NCBI GenBank assembly: GCA_963706595.1
Contig: OY970166.1
Location: 5,024,001 to 5,088,000 of the forward strand
DNA from: an uncultured cyanobacterium
GTDB taxonomy: Bacteria > Cyanobacteriota > Cyanobacteriia > Cyanobacteriales > Nostocaceae
Direction of reading: 5' to 3'
Length of the DNA stretch: 64,000 nt
The position numbers and the translations under genes are program-made. The notes beneath the pieces are model-generated. The model had not been told where the DNA came from and made no database searches. It was given only the letters and a program-made list of their open reading frames with translations. Below are positions 1 to 10,260 of the stretch, piece by piece (within the stretch, counting starts at the first letter, position 1; each line of letters opens with the position of its first letter).

Positions 1-274
1 CAACATCATTGGTCGCGTTGGGTTGCGCTGCGCTTAACCCAACCTACGTCTAATGCACTACTTTAAGCTTGCCACGCCACTACAAACAAGGATTTGGAAT
101 AATTTAATAATTTGTGTTGTGTACACGCTAGTCCCATGCTCAGGTAGGAGCCAGAATCACACAGCGTTTAAGTAAGTTGGCAAGAACAATTTTCACTAGG
201 TGGTGAGAAATATTTTTGCCCACCGACTTTGCATGACTTTGGATTTCTGGCTAATTAGTGCATTGCATTTATAT

Positions 275-472
275 TTAACAGTTATGAAACAATGTTTCTA
301 AATATACACGGGCAGCGCGGCGATCGCTCTCGCCATTTTGAAGTAAAAACAAAGACAAGGCAGCCGTCAGCACTCGATTTTGATCCCAATCGGGGTGTGC
401 TTCTAAGTAATTTTTAAGGGATTCATCTAGTGTTTCGGGAATTTCTGTAAAGATACTAACTGTTGCGTTCAT
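275..472 (-). CDS. DUF2811 family small protein
   Basis: Motif EIPETLDESLKNYLEAHPDWDQNRVLTAALSLFLLQNG resembles this cyanobacterial family; ATG at 472 preferred over the upstream TTG. Confidence 0.75.
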   Translation of the reverse strand: MNATVSIFTEIPETLDESLKNYLEAHPDWDQNRVLTAALSLFLLQNGESDRRAARVYLETLFHNC

Positions 473-915
473 GAGTTTTTCCTTCTCTGAGGTCAATCAA
501 GAGAGACAAGTTGCTTCCAGTGATGCGGAATGTGGGTTACATAGTCCTGCCTTTAACTGACAATTTACACCAGCCTCTAAGGTGATTTTTGGTGTCAATG
601 GTTGAACAGACTATACAAGCCAGTCGCATCATTGTGCGCCAAGAGGGGGTGGGTTTGTCAATGCTGCGAAATGTTAAATCTGGTGGTATAAAAAACAAAT
701 CCTGACGCAATAATCAGGATTTGCGCCAATTTTTTGTTACGCAACTTCATATAAACTCAGTGACTCAGGCTGCTTGCTATTCTTAATCAACAATCCCCAA
801 TAAAACTGCAACTGCCTATTAGCTCGTAAAACATCTGTGGAAAACTACTAAAATCCCTGTGGAAACCCTGTGGAATTAGTGAGGAAAAATTTAGGTAATG
901 ATAAGAATTACAAAA

Positions 916-1008
916 CATTGGTCATTGGTCATTGGTCATTGGTCATTTGGAAGTTACCGTCTTCTCCCCCCTGCTCCCTGCTCCCTGCTCCCCTGCCTCT
1001 TTCCCCTG
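916..1008. repeat. STRR arrays (CATTGGT)n then (CTCCCTG)n-like
   Basis: Tandem heptamers directly 3' of the hisIE stop codon. Confidence 0.9.
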
Positions 1009-1659
1009 CTATCGCCTACGTTCTTGTAACTTGCGATATACTGAGTTTAAATCCACCTGATGATGTGCTAAGGCAACCAGCGTATGATAGAGTAAATCTG
1101 CAACTTCACCTGCGATCGCATCCTCCTCATCATCCTTAAACGCCATTACTACCTCAGCGCTTTCCTCGCCGATCTTTTTTAAAATTTTGTTATCGCCACC
1201 TGCAAATAACTTACAGGTATAAGAAGTATCCACCGGATTGTCACGGCGATCGCATATCACCTGAAAGACTTGAGATAATGTATCCCCTGGTGGGGCGACA
1301 ATTGTCCCTTCAACTTGATGAAAACAACTACGTTCACCAGTGTGACAGGCAATATCTCCTAGTTGCTCCACTCCAATGAGTAGTGCATCACTATCACAGT
1401 CATAACGGACACTTTGCACTTTTTGAATGTGTCCAGAAGTTGCTCCCTTATGCCATAACTCCTGCCGAGAACGACTCCAAAACCAAGTTTCCCCAGTTTC
1501 TAAAGTCTTTTTTAATGATTCCTGACTCATCCACGCCATCATTAAGACAGTGCCATCCAAATAATCTTGGATAATCGCCGGCACTAAACCCCGGTCATCG
1601 TAGCAAATCTTATCAATAGGAATAGACTGTGGTAGTGAATGCGGATCAGTAGAAAACAT
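1009..1659 (-). CDS. hisIE: bifunctional phosphoribosyl-AMP cyclohydrolase / phosphoribosyl-ATP pyrophosphatase
   Basis: HisI motifs [33 protein letters not shown]; HisE motifs [18 protein letters not shown]; start could be up to 1701. Confidence 0.95.
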   Translation of the reverse strand: MFSTDPHSLPQSIPIDKICYDDRGLVPAIIQDYLDGTVLMMAWMSQESLKKTLETGETWFWSRSRQELWHKGATSGHIQKVQSVRYDCDSDALLIGVEQLGDIACHTGERSCFHQVEGTIVAPPGDTLSQVFQVICDRRDNPVDTSYTCKLFAGGDNKILKKIGEESAEVVMAFKDDEEDAIAGEVADLLYHTLVALAHHQVDLNSVYRKLQERRR

Positions 1660-1752
1660 ACCAGCTAATTTGTTCTCATTAAACATTATTGATGGATTCA
1701 CGATACCATTCTGAATAGAGCATCTGGTATGCTTATTTAAAATTCAACTTGC

Positions 1753-1951
1753 TCATTCAGCTTCAACAAAAGCACTGCTATTTGTAGTAGACTGCATCTT
1801 TACAGCACTTAAGGCTAGTTGGGGGGCTTTAGAAGCTTCTCCATACCAATGGATTGCCGAGTTCAAAGCAGGCCGGTAAAGATCCTGGCAAGCCTGGTGA
1901 TAATTTAGTGCGAATCTGTAAAAGCAAGCCTTCATCGGACTTGCATAACAT
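1753..1951 (-). pseudogene. ChaB-family gene with apparent +1 frameshift
   Basis: ATG at 1951 gives MLCKSDEGLLLQIRTKLS; the ChaB-like QDLYRPALNSAIHWYG continues in another frame; the span is 199 nt (3n+1). Confidence 0.6.
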
Positions 1952-2058
1952 ATTGTTATTTTTCTGGTTGGGATAACGCTATAAGGTAGAATTTCTCAAC
2001 AGTTTTTAACCCTATCCTAAGACAGAGCTTTTTATTTCCCATTATTTAGGAGAGAGCC

Positions 2059-3357
2059 TTGGTAAATACCACAATTAAAACCACAAAATCACAAGAAATT
2101 TTTGCCGCAGCCCAAAATCTCATGCCGGGAGGAGTGAATTCTCCAGTTCGCGCCTTCAAATCGGTTGGCGGGCAACCCATCGTTTTTGATCGAGTTAAAG
2201 ACGCATACATTTGGGATGTAGATGGCAACCAATATATTGATTATGTTGGCACTTGGGGTCCGGCTATTTGTGGTCATGCCCATCCAGAGGTCATCGCAGC
2301 GCTCCATGAAGCCTTAGAAAAAGGCACTAGCTTCGGCGCTCCTTCATTCCTAGAAAATGTTCTGGCAGAAATGGTAATTGATGCCGTTCCTAGCATTGAA
2401 ATGGTCAGATTTGTGAATTCCGGCACCGAAGCTTGTATGGCAGTGCTGCGGTTAATGCGGGCTTTCACAAACAGAGAGAAAATCATTAAGTTTGAAGGTT
2501 GTTACCACGGTCACGCTGATACATTCCTCGTCAAGGCTGGTTCTGGTGTAGCCACACTGGGTTTACCCGATTCGCCAGGAGTCCCCAAATCATCAACCAT
2601 CACTACCCTCACAGCTCCCTACAATGACTTGGAAGCAGTGAAAGTCTTGTTGGAACAAAACCGCGACGAGATAGCTGGGGTGATTCTGGAGCCAGTAGTT
2701 GGCAATGCTGGATTTATTACCCCGGATGCTGGTTTTCTAGAAGGTTTACGAGAACTTACCCATGAACATGGGGCTTTGCTAGTCTTTGACGAAGTAATGA
2801 CAGGTTTTCGGATTGCTTATGGTGGCGCTCAGGAAAAATTTGGTGTCACACCAGACTTAACAACCTTGGGTAAGGTTATTGGTGGAGGCTTGCCAGTGGG
2901 AGCCTACGGTGGTCGTCGGGATATTATGTCAATGATTGCTCCCGCAGGCCCTGTGTATCAAGCGGGAACTCTTTCGGGTAATCCCTTAGCAATGACGGCT
3001 GGGATTAAAACCCTGGAATTGTTACAAAGACCTGGAACTTATGAGTATCTAGATCAAATTACTCAGAAGTTAGCAAGTGGTTTAGTACAGATTGCCCAAG
3101 AAACTGGTCATCCAGCTTGTGGTGGTCAAATTAGCGCTATGTTTGGCTTATTCTTTACATCTGGACCAGTGCATAACTACGAAGATGCCAAAAAGTCAGA
3201 TATGGCTAAATTTGGTCGCTTCCATCGCGGGATGTTAGAGCGCGGTGTTTATTTAGCACCTTCTCAGTTTGAAGCTGGTTTTACCTCTTTGGCTCACACT
3301 GAAGCCGATATTGACCAGACTTTAGCAGTTGCACGAGAAGTTCTATCTAGTTTATAA
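2059..3357 (+). CDS. hemL: glutamate-1-semialdehyde 2,1-aminomutase
   Basis: [26 protein letters not shown] and PLP-lysine motif [18 protein letters not shown]. Confidence 0.97.
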   Translation: MVNTTIKTTKSQEIFAAAQNLMPGGVNSPVRAFKSVGGQPIVFDRVKDAYIWDVDGNQYIDYVGTWGPAICGHAHPEVIAALHEALEKGTSFGAPSFLENVLAEMVIDAVPSIEMVRFVNSGTEACMAVLRLMRAFTNREKIIKFEGCYHGHADTFLVKAGSGVATLGLPDSPGVPKSSTITTLTAPYNDLEAVKVLLEQNRDEIAGVILEPVVGNAGFITPDAGFLEGLRELTHEHGALLVFDEVMTGFRIAYGGAQEKFGVTPDLTTLGKVIGGGLPVGAYGGRRDIMSMIAPAGPVYQAGTLSGNPLAMTAGIKTLELLQRPGTYEYLDQITQKLASGLVQIAQETGHPACGGQISAMFGLFFTSGPVHNYEDAKKSDMAKFGRFHRGMLERGVYLAPSQFEAGFTSLAHTEADIDQTLAVAREVLSSL

Positions 3358-3363
3358 GTCGTG

Positions 3364-3416
3364 AGTGCTGAGTGATGGGTAGAGAAATAACTCAGGTTTA
3401 GCCAGCACTCAGCACT
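3364..3416 (+). terminator. inverted repeat after hemL (STRR-derived hairpin)
   Basis: AGTGCTGAGTG ... CACTCAGCACT arms. Confidence 0.45.
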
Positions 3417-3495
3417 GTCCGAGGGCATCAGGGAACAACCAGGAAAACCAAGCAGTGATTCTGGGAATCCCCATCCCTCTATAGGTGGAGAGGAT
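3417..3495 (+). mobile_element. IS200/IS605-family right-end remnant (its terminal GTCAA is displaced to 3679-3683)
   Basis: GGAATCCCC..hairpin..GGAGAGGAT(GTCAA) resembles typical IS605/IS1341-group right ends. Confidence 0.6.
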
Positions 3496-3678
3496 TTGAC
3501 ATACCTCCTCTTCCTGAAGGAGAGAGGATTCCTTAACGCTTCATTGGGTTGTGCTATCGAAATAGTCTTACCATCCCTCGACGTTCGTTTAAAGTCTCCC
3601 AATGCCCTGTGGCGACTATATTCAAATTTTACCAGAAAGCCGTCCTAAAAGTACGGGGCTTGTATCCCATTATTCTCG
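3496..3678 (-). mobile_element. 183-bp non-autonomous IS200/IS605-type element (left-end hairpin, omega-RNA-like body, right end ...TCAA)
   Basis: Minus strand reads TTGAC | left end with hairpin GCCCCGTACTTTTAGGACGGC ... GGAATCCTCTCTCCTTCAGGAAGAGGAGGTATGTCAA; no target duplication; no transposase or TnpB ORF. Confidence 0.7.
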
Positions 3679-4240
3679 GTCAACAGCCACAGCCTTTATG
3701 GTTACAGCCTTTGATAGTTTTATGACCTTCAGCACAGCCTTCAGAACAATAGTATTGATCTTCTTTTTTGATGGCATCCTCAAGTGAAACAATACATAAG
3801 CAATTGGGACAAGCGCATTTCATTTGGGTTACGGTAGTCATATTTTTTTTCCATTCATGTTTGAATAATTATTATCTTACAATACCTGAACATATATTCA
3901 ACTATTCTTGATATATTTAAATTTGTGAAGATACAAAGCAGAGAAACTTAAGATGATTTGAGGAAATTACGTATATTTACTGTTGATGCCAAATTAACGG
4001 CCGATTAAAAATCTAAAATGGGTATTTTACACTAAAAGAAGAGCATGGACACTATTTGGGAGTGTAAGTATCAGAAATAATCTGGTTTTAGTAATTATCG
4101 TACGTAATCCTGAGTTAAGTTTAGGAACTCTTCAAAGAATTTACCGCAGAAATCACCTAGCAAGAGTGAATTAGGAGTGCTAATAATTAAAAGAGAGTGT
4201 AACGCTTCGAGTCATTATTCGTGCAGCGAGTTGACAGTGC

Positions 4241-5845
4241 ATGAGCTATTGCTTAAATCCTACCTGCCTTAGTCCAGAAAATCCGGCATATAGCCACAGG
4301 TGCCAGTCATGTGGCTCGCGATTATTATTGCGCGATCGCTATCGGGTGGTCAAACCATTAGGTCAGGGTGGCTTTGGAGCAACATTCTTAGCTCATGATC
4401 AAGCCTTACCAGGAGAACCAAGTTGTGTAATCAAGCAACTACGCCCTTCAGGAACCGCACCACACATCTTGCAAATGGCGCGAGAGTTATTTGAGCGAGA
4501 AGCCAAAACTCTAGGTAGGATTGGGAATCATCCCCAAGTACCAAGGTTACTTGACTATTTTGAAGAGCAAGAACAATTCTATTTAATTCAAGAATATATT
4601 AGTGGTGCAACACTGCAACAAGAGGTCAAACTCAATGGTTTCTTCAGCGAAACTGGAATCAAACAATTTTTGAGCGAGACTTTGCCGTTGGTGCAGTATA
4701 TCCACGAGCAAAAAGTCATTCACCGTGACATCAAGCCAGCCAATTTAATTCGCCGGACTCAAGATGCCAGAATGGTGCTGATTGACTTTGGTGCTGTCAA
4801 AAATCAAGTCAGCCAAGCTGCACTCAATCAATCGGGACAGACAGCATTAACTGCTTATGCCATTGGGACTCCTGGTTTCGCACCTCCAGAGCAAATGGCT
4901 ATGCGTCCAGTCTACGCCAGTGATATCTACGCCTTGGGTGTTACCTGTATTTATCTACTGAGTGGCAAAACTCCTAAAGATTTAGATTACAATCCCAAAA
5001 CAGGCGAGATGATGTGGGAACATTTGGTGCAAGCAAGTGACCATCTAACTACTGTGCTGCGAAAAATGTTAGATGTGTCAGTACGCAATCGCTACCAGTC
5101 AGCCGAAGAAGTACTCAGAGCCTTAGACATAGAACCTTATTTGGAAAGTTTAGCCCAGGGTTTGCTGGTTAAATCTGATTCTAGTGCGAAAGCGCCAACA
5201 TATAGCCGCCCGGAAAATTCTGCTGTTTTATGCAACAACTCTTCTGCTGCTGTTAGTAGTGGAGGTAGTGCAGCACAAATGGCGGCAGCAATTCGAGCTA
5301 GACGAGCCAAGAAAGCCGAAGCTGGGGGAATGGGTCAGGGAACTGTGGCAGGCAAATCAAGAACTTTTGACAGTAATACCAGTGTTACTGCACACACCAA
5401 AAGTTCTCAAGAGCGCAAATTAAATCCCCAAAGTTTACTAACAGCTTATCTCAAGGGAAGACGGGATTTTGCTCTACACAATTTAAGTTTTCTGAAATTA
5501 CCGAACGCTGACTTATCCGAAACAAATTTTCATTCTGCTCAATTCCAAGGTACTAATCTCCAAGGTGCTAATCTTTACAATAGCGACTTTGGCAGAGCTA
5601 GTCTCACTAAAGCAATTCTGAAGGATGCTAATCTGAGTAAAGCCTATTTCCACCATGCTGATTTAGAAGGCGCAGACCTACGAGGCGCAGACCTCAGCGA
5701 TGCCTATCTCCGAGGTGCTAATCTCCGAGGTGCTAATCTGTGTGGTGCTAATCTCACTGGTGCCAAGGTTTCTGATGAGCAAATAGCGTTAGCGAAAACT
5801 AATTGGAAAACAATACGTCCCAATGGTAAACGAGGTCTATTGTAA
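4241..5845 (+). CDS. Ser/Thr protein kinase with C-terminal pentapeptide repeats (SpkB-like)
   Basis: GQGGFG, HRDIKPAN, DFG and PPE motifs; N-terminal Cys motif; A(D/N)LxG repeats. Confidence 0.92.
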   Translation: MSYCLNPTCLSPENPAYSHRCQSCGSRLLLRDRYRVVKPLGQGGFGATFLAHDQALPGEPSCVIKQLRPSGTAPHILQMARELFEREAKTLGRIGNHPQVPRLLDYFEEQEQFYLIQEYISGATLQQEVKLNGFFSETGIKQFLSETLPLVQYIHEQKVIHRDIKPANLIRRTQDARMVLIDFGAVKNQVSQAALNQSGQTALTAYAIGTPGFAPPEQMAMRPVYASDIYALGVTCIYLLSGKTPKDLDYNPKTGEMMWEHLVQASDHLTTVLRKMLDVSVRNRYQSAEEVLRALDIEPYLESLAQGLLVKSDSSAKAPTYSRPENSAVLCNNSSAAVSSGGSAAQMAAAIRARRAKKAEAGGMGQGTVAGKSRTFDSNTSVTAHTKSSQERKLNPQSLLTAYLKGRRDFALHNLSFLKLPNADLSETNFHSAQFQGTNLQGANLYNSDFGRASLTKAILKDANLSKAYFHHADLEGADLRGADLSDAYLRGANLRGANLCGANLTGAKVSDEQIALAKTNWKTIRPNGKRGLL

Positions 5846-5852
5846 TTTCAAA

Positions 5853-5890
5853 TACAAAAGACTGAACCTATATCAGTCCAGTCTTTTGTA
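5853..5890 (+). terminator. intrinsic terminator-like hairpin
   Basis: TACAAAAGACTG ... CAGTCTTTTGTA just after the kinase stop. Confidence 0.6.
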
Positions 5891-5967
5891 GGAACGCATT
5901 CTTTTACAGCACATTTCATCTGAGTGAGGTACACAAGGGGGGTCATGATGCCCACCCCACAAGATTT

Positions 5968-6157
5968 TAGAACTTACGCACTTTACAAATTAATCAGGGT
6001 ATGCTTTCAATAAAATAGGTCGTTTCAGACTTTTATCCCCGATTATTTTGATTGTAAATAGACCAGCATTGTAGGGGTTTAGCATTGCTAAACCCTGACG
6101 AAAGATATGGTTTTTGACAATACATATTTAATATTAATTGTCAATGCGTAACTTCTA
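5968..6157. mobile_element. 190-bp MITE, copy 1
   Basis: Terminal inverted repeats TAGAACTTACGCA / TGCGTAACTTCTA; near-identical copy at 54353-54542. Confidence 0.85.
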
Positions 6158-6284
6158 AATTTATAGTATTATAGCAACCGCTAAGGTGCTTAGGACAAAA
6201 ACAGATTATAAAACCCTTGTAATTCAGGAGTTTTAAGCCTGCCCCCTGCTATAAAATGTGTGGCGTTGCTGAAACCAAGTTAGG

Positions 6285-6314
6285 TGTAGAGACATGACAT
6301 TTCACGTCTCTACA
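6285..6314. repeat. GTAG-type REP-like palindrome (TGTAGAGAC...GTCTCTACA family)
   Basis: Other copies at 24548, 27837, 50277, 52903, 54300 and inside ORFs at 23043 and 26119. Confidence 0.85.
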
Positions 6315-6324
6315 GGGGTTTTGA

Positions 6325-7398
6325 CTATTCTTCTTCTTCTAATTCAACTTCTTCTTCTTCCTGATTGGCTTTGGCTACAGAGTTAGCAGAAACAACAGCC
6401 CCCATATCTAGCTTTTGCCGCACCAGTTCCTTAATTTCGGCAGTAAATTCGGGCTTTTCTTCGAGGTATTTGATAGCGTTATCTCGACCTTGGGAAATGT
6501 TATCACCGTTATAACTGTACCAGGCTCCTTTGCGAACAATAACGGCTGTTTCTTCTGCTAAGTCCACCAGACAGCCCAAGGTGGAAATTCCTTTACCAAA
6601 GATAATGTCAAATTCCGCGATTCTAAAGGGCGGTGCAACTTTATTTTTGGCGACTTTGACTTTGACTCGGTTCCCAAATTCTTCTGTGCCTTTTTTCAAG
6701 GTTTGAATCCGGCGAATATCCAGGCGGACTGAGGCGTAAAACTTCAAGGCGTTACCGCCAGTTGTAGTTTCTGGGCTACCGTAAGTAATACCGATTTTTT
6801 GCCGTAACTGGTTGATGAAAATAACTGTGCAGCCAGATTTACCTATATTACCAGTGATTTTACGGAGGGCTTGGCTCATTAACCGGGCTTGAAGACCAAC
6901 GTGGATATCACCCATATCACCTTCAATTTCCGCACGAGGTACTAGTGCTGCTACTGAGTCAATGACGACAATATCAACTGCGGCGGAGCGCACTAGCTGA
7001 TCGACAATTTCTAAAGCCGATTCGCCGGTATCAGGTTGGGAAACTAGCAAATTTTCAATATCTACACCCAAAGCCGCCGCATAGGTAGGATCAAGGGCGT
7101 GTTCAGCATCAACGAAGGCTGCAACACCGCCATTTTTTTGCACTTCTGCGAGGGCGTGTAGGGCGACTGTGGTTTTACCAGAACTTTCTGGCCCATAAAT
7201 TTCAATTACTCGTCCTTTGGGTAGTCCTCCGCCCAATGCTAAATCTAAGGTGAGCGCCCCTGTGGAAATTGTCTCTACTCGCATCCGGGTAGCATCGCCC
7301 AGGCGCATAATTGCTCCTTTACCGAAGCTGCGCTCAATCTGGTTGAGTACGATATTTAATGCTTTTTCTTTGCCAGAAGTATCTGTGTTAATAGCCAT
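6325..7398 (-). CDS. recA: recombinase A
   Basis: GPESSGKTT Walker A, DSVAAL and [14 protein letters not shown] signature. Confidence 0.99.
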   Translation of the reverse strand: MAINTDTSGKEKALNIVLNQIERSFGKGAIMRLGDATRMRVETISTGALTLDLALGGGLPKGRVIEIYGPESSGKTTVALHALAEVQKNGGVAAFVDAEHALDPTYAAALGVDIENLLVSQPDTGESALEIVDQLVRSAAVDIVVIDSVAALVPRAEIEGDMGDIHVGLQARLMSQALRKITGNIGKSGCTVIFINQLRQKIGITYGSPETTTGGNALKFYASVRLDIRRIQTLKKGTEEFGNRVKVKVAKNKVAPPFRIAEFDIIFGKGISTLGCLVDLAEETAVIVRKGAWYSYNGDNISQGRDNAIKYLEEKPEFTAEIKELVRQKLDMGAVVSANSVAKANQEEEEVELEEEE

Positions 7399-7460
7399 TA
7401 GGGACCTCTAAATATAGGAAGTTATATGGATGTCAGGAATCTTGGGCTGGGAGTCTGAGG

Positions 7461-7480
7461 AGAACAGATATACTATTGTA
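7461..7480 (-). promoter_or_regulatory. cyanobacterial LexA box adjoining the recA -10 element
   Basis: Minus strand TACAAT followed by AGTATATCTGTTCT, one mismatch to the RGTAC-N3-DGTWCB consensus. Confidence 0.8.
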
Positions 7481-7632
7481 ACCAGAATTTTCTAGAATAG
7501 AACTTTTAAAACAGAAAGGTGACTAAATCGTTATGCGATCGCTCTCAAATTAGGTGAGCAATACTACATAATTATAGGACAATTTTTTAACTCCAGAGCT
7601 ACGCAGACCAAACAAGACTTGAAGCTATTATC

Positions 7633-7825
7633 AGGCGATCGCTTGAATTTGACTACCTCCCAAAAAGCTGAGATTTTCTAGTTTAGACGAAAGCAAAGTG
7701 GTTTATTGGCTATTTATCTGCGACTAACTCCAGTTTACAGTCAAGCGCTCCACTGGCTAGGAGTAAGTTATGGAGAGCTTGAAGATTGTCAAGTTTTGTA
7801 TACAAAACCAGTGAGCATCTGTCCC
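7633..7825 (+). repeat. 193-bp dispersed repeat, copy A
   Basis: Ungapped alignment to the reverse complement of 39221-39413, about 31 mismatches by manual count. Confidence 0.9.
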
Positions 7826-7955
7826 TGTTTAAATCTTTCAGCCAACTGACGTTGAGAGCCTTCCTTTGTGAAGCAAGCTATAATCACACGACGACGCAAA
7901 TCACCTGAGTCCGATACTGGCATCGAATCTAACAATTACTCCTTTTTGAAATCGC

Positions 7956-8441
7956 CTAAATTCCTAGAACCTTTTTCAGGTTCTGCACAATTAATTGGGG
8001 TGGCTCAGAAACATCTACACATATAGCGTCATCTGGCTCCTCAAGGGCATCTAACTGGCTGCTGAGGAGTTTTTCTGACATAAAATGATTTTGCCGTCCG
8101 ATGAGTCGCTGTTGGAGCAAATCTAAACTGCCGTGGAGGTAAATTAGCTTGATGCATTCAGCATTTAATACTAAGTATTGGCGATAATCGGCTTTGAGTG
8201 CAGAACAGGCTAATACTACATTTTCGTTTTCTTTTAACCACAGTGCGATCGCTGTTTGCAAATCTTTCAGCCAAGGCTTTCTATCGGCATCATTGAGGGG
8301 AATACCCAGGCGCATTTTTTCAATGTTATCTATGGAATGAAATTCATCAGCGTCTTTAAATTCCCAGTCTAAGGCATCGGCTAATAGTTTACCAATTGTG
8401 GTTTTGCCGGCACCGGAGACACCCATGATGATAATTATCAT
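7956..8441 (-). CDS. gntK: gluconokinase
   Basis: MGVSGAGKT, DADEFH, PLNDADRKPWL, ACSALK, HFM..LLSSQ motifs. Confidence 0.92.
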   Translation of the reverse strand: MIIIIMGVSGAGKTTIGKLLADALDWEFKDADEFHSIDNIEKMRLGIPLNDADRKPWLKDLQTAIALWLKENENVVLACSALKADYRQYLVLNAECIKLIYLHGSLDLLQQRLIGRQNHFMSEKLLSSQLDALEEPDDAICVDVSEPPQLIVQNLKKVLGI

Positions 8442-8496
8442 TGTTTTTAACGCAGAGGTACGCGGAGGTAAGCGCGAAGGTACGCAAAGAGGAGAA

Positions 8497-9222
8497 TTAA
8501 ATTTTGAGCTTTGCTAAACCTATATAGCGTATGCCTTCTGGAGATACATCAAACCGACAGGGTAATACTTCTAAGCCGAGTGCGATCGCACTTCGCAATA
8601 GTTTACCATATACTGGGTCTGTAATATCACCAGGGGCAAATTCGGTACAATCACTCCGATTGATGAAGTACAACATCACCGCACGAGTTTGGGGTAAAAG
8701 TGCTGTTAATTCCCGTAAATGCTTTTGTCCTCTGGTGGTTTCGGTGTCGGGAAATAGGGCTAAACTCCCTTGCGCCCAAGTTGTATTTTTGACTTCTAAA
8801 TAAATTGGGCGTTCTTCGTCGCTACCTGTCAAGAAAAAATCTACCCGACTTTTTTTATCTTGTCCATAAACTACTTCGCCTTTAATTTGGGTATAGTCTC
8901 CCAATTCGGGAAAGAGGTATTTTGCTAATGCTAGTTTTATTATGCGATTGGGTAACATGGTATTCACTCCTACCCAAGTTGGTTGGTTATCATGTACCTG
9001 AATCAATTCTAAAGTGTAACCCAATTTGCGCTGGGGATTATCACTTTTAGACACTTGCACTGCACTACCAAGAGTAGATACTCCCGTCATTGGCCCTGTG
9101 TTAGGACAATGTGCTGTAACTATTTCGCCAGAATCAAGTTGAACATCAGCAAAAAATCTTTTGTAGCGCTTGAGTAGTATTCCCGAATATAGAGGTGGAT
9201 AGTTGTAAAGCCAGTCAATCAT
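8497..9222 (-). CDS. sfsA: DNA/RNA nuclease SfsA
   Basis: KRYKRFFADV, AHCPNTGPM, SRVDF, LEVK, FPDTETTRGQKHL; start placed at MIDWLY. Confidence 0.93.
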   Translation of the reverse strand: MIDWLYNYPPLYSGILLKRYKRFFADVQLDSGEIVTAHCPNTGPMTGVSTLGSAVQVSKSDNPQRKLGYTLELIQVHDNQPTWVGVNTMLPNRIIKLALAKYLFPELGDYTQIKGEVVYGQDKKSRVDFFLTGSDEERPIYLEVKNTTWAQGSLALFPDTETTRGQKHLRELTALLPQTRAVMLYFINRSDCTEFAPGDITDPVYGKLLRSAIALGLEVLPCRFDVSPEGIRYIGLAKLKI

Positions 9223-9511
9223 AAGAAGTGCTGAGTGATAAGTGATGAAACCGCCCACAATGGGAGAGTTATTTAGCATCCCAGAGGGGTTTGATCAAAA
9301 CTGTTTGCTGTTAGTGAATATACATTGATTTTTATCCCTTTGCCTTTATCGATAAATATCTTTCCAAAGGTGAATGAATTACATATCACAATTAGTCAAT
9401 TTATGTAGTCAATTTGACGACAATTTAATAAACAGCCGCATATACTCAGTAATATAAGCCTCTCATCCAGCAACAGGGGGGAGGATTGAAATATATAAGC
9501 AGGTAAATCCT

Positions 9512-10183
9512 ATGCAACAAGTATGGGAATCGACAGAATTAGAATATGCCTTTTTGTTTACCCTCAGAAAGGTAAATTCCATAAATCCAGAAAGTTTCAA
9601 CCCATTCTTTAATAATTTACCAGATGATCCCTATCTTAAAGGTAATTATCGTTCAAGAAGATTATCTAGGTTTATCGCTGCTGAGGATAAATTAATTAAA
9701 TTACCTCACGGCTACCTCTTCCAAGGTAAAGATTATAATCCATTATTAGGAGATATTAAAAGAGAATTTGCAGAATTAGAAGATGAACTTGTAGAACTGG
9801 ATAGTTTTAAAAATTTGGTTTTAGCATTTAGTGAATCTTGTAAACTGCATCCAGAAGCAGAAATAGGAGTGCATCAAATTAGAACCATCTGTTCGCCCCA
9901 TAACTTAGGAAATCCAGCCCCAGAAGGAATCCATCAAGATGGTACAGACTTTATTGGAATCTTCTCTGTAAATAGAGAAAATATTCAAGGTGGAGAAACC
10001 CACTTATATACAGCCAAAAAAGAGAAACCAGTATTTAGTAAAATCCTAAATTCGGGAGAAATCCTATTAGTCAACAATCATGAATTTTTCCACTTTACCA
10101 CACCCATCAAACCACAGATAGAAGGACAAGGAACTAGAGATGTTTTCGTCTTAACCTCTCCCAGCTTATTGATAGATTACTAA
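9512..10183 (+). CDS. 2OG-Fe(II) dioxygenase family protein
   Basis: PEGIHQDG (HxD), distal His in FHFTTPI and RDV motif. Confidence 0.85.
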   Translation: MQQVWESTELEYAFLFTLRKVNSINPESFNPFFNNLPDDPYLKGNYRSRRLSRFIAAEDKLIKLPHGYLFQGKDYNPLLGDIKREFAELEDELVELDSFKNLVLAFSESCKLHPEAEIGVHQIRTICSPHNLGNPAPEGIHQDGTDFIGIFSVNRENIQGGETHLYTAKKEKPVFSKILNSGEILLVNNHEFFHFTTPIKPQIEGQGTRDVFVLTSPSLLIDY

Positions 10184-10260
10184 TCCCATTTTCTCTCTTT
10201 CCTTCTTTCTTCCTTTGTGTACTTGGCGTACTTGGCGGTTCGTTAATCTTCATCCAAAAT

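Noticed and set aside
870..1139. 89-aa ORF containing LVIGHWSLVI
   Set aside because: Translation of STRR heptamers plus antisense hisIE; the same applies to 13905-14150, 16058-16261 and 44849-45136
3294..3787. ORFs of 102 aa and 61 aa as transposase or TnpB
   Set aside because: No HUH, RuvC or zinc-finger motifs; they simply cross the non-coding IS ends
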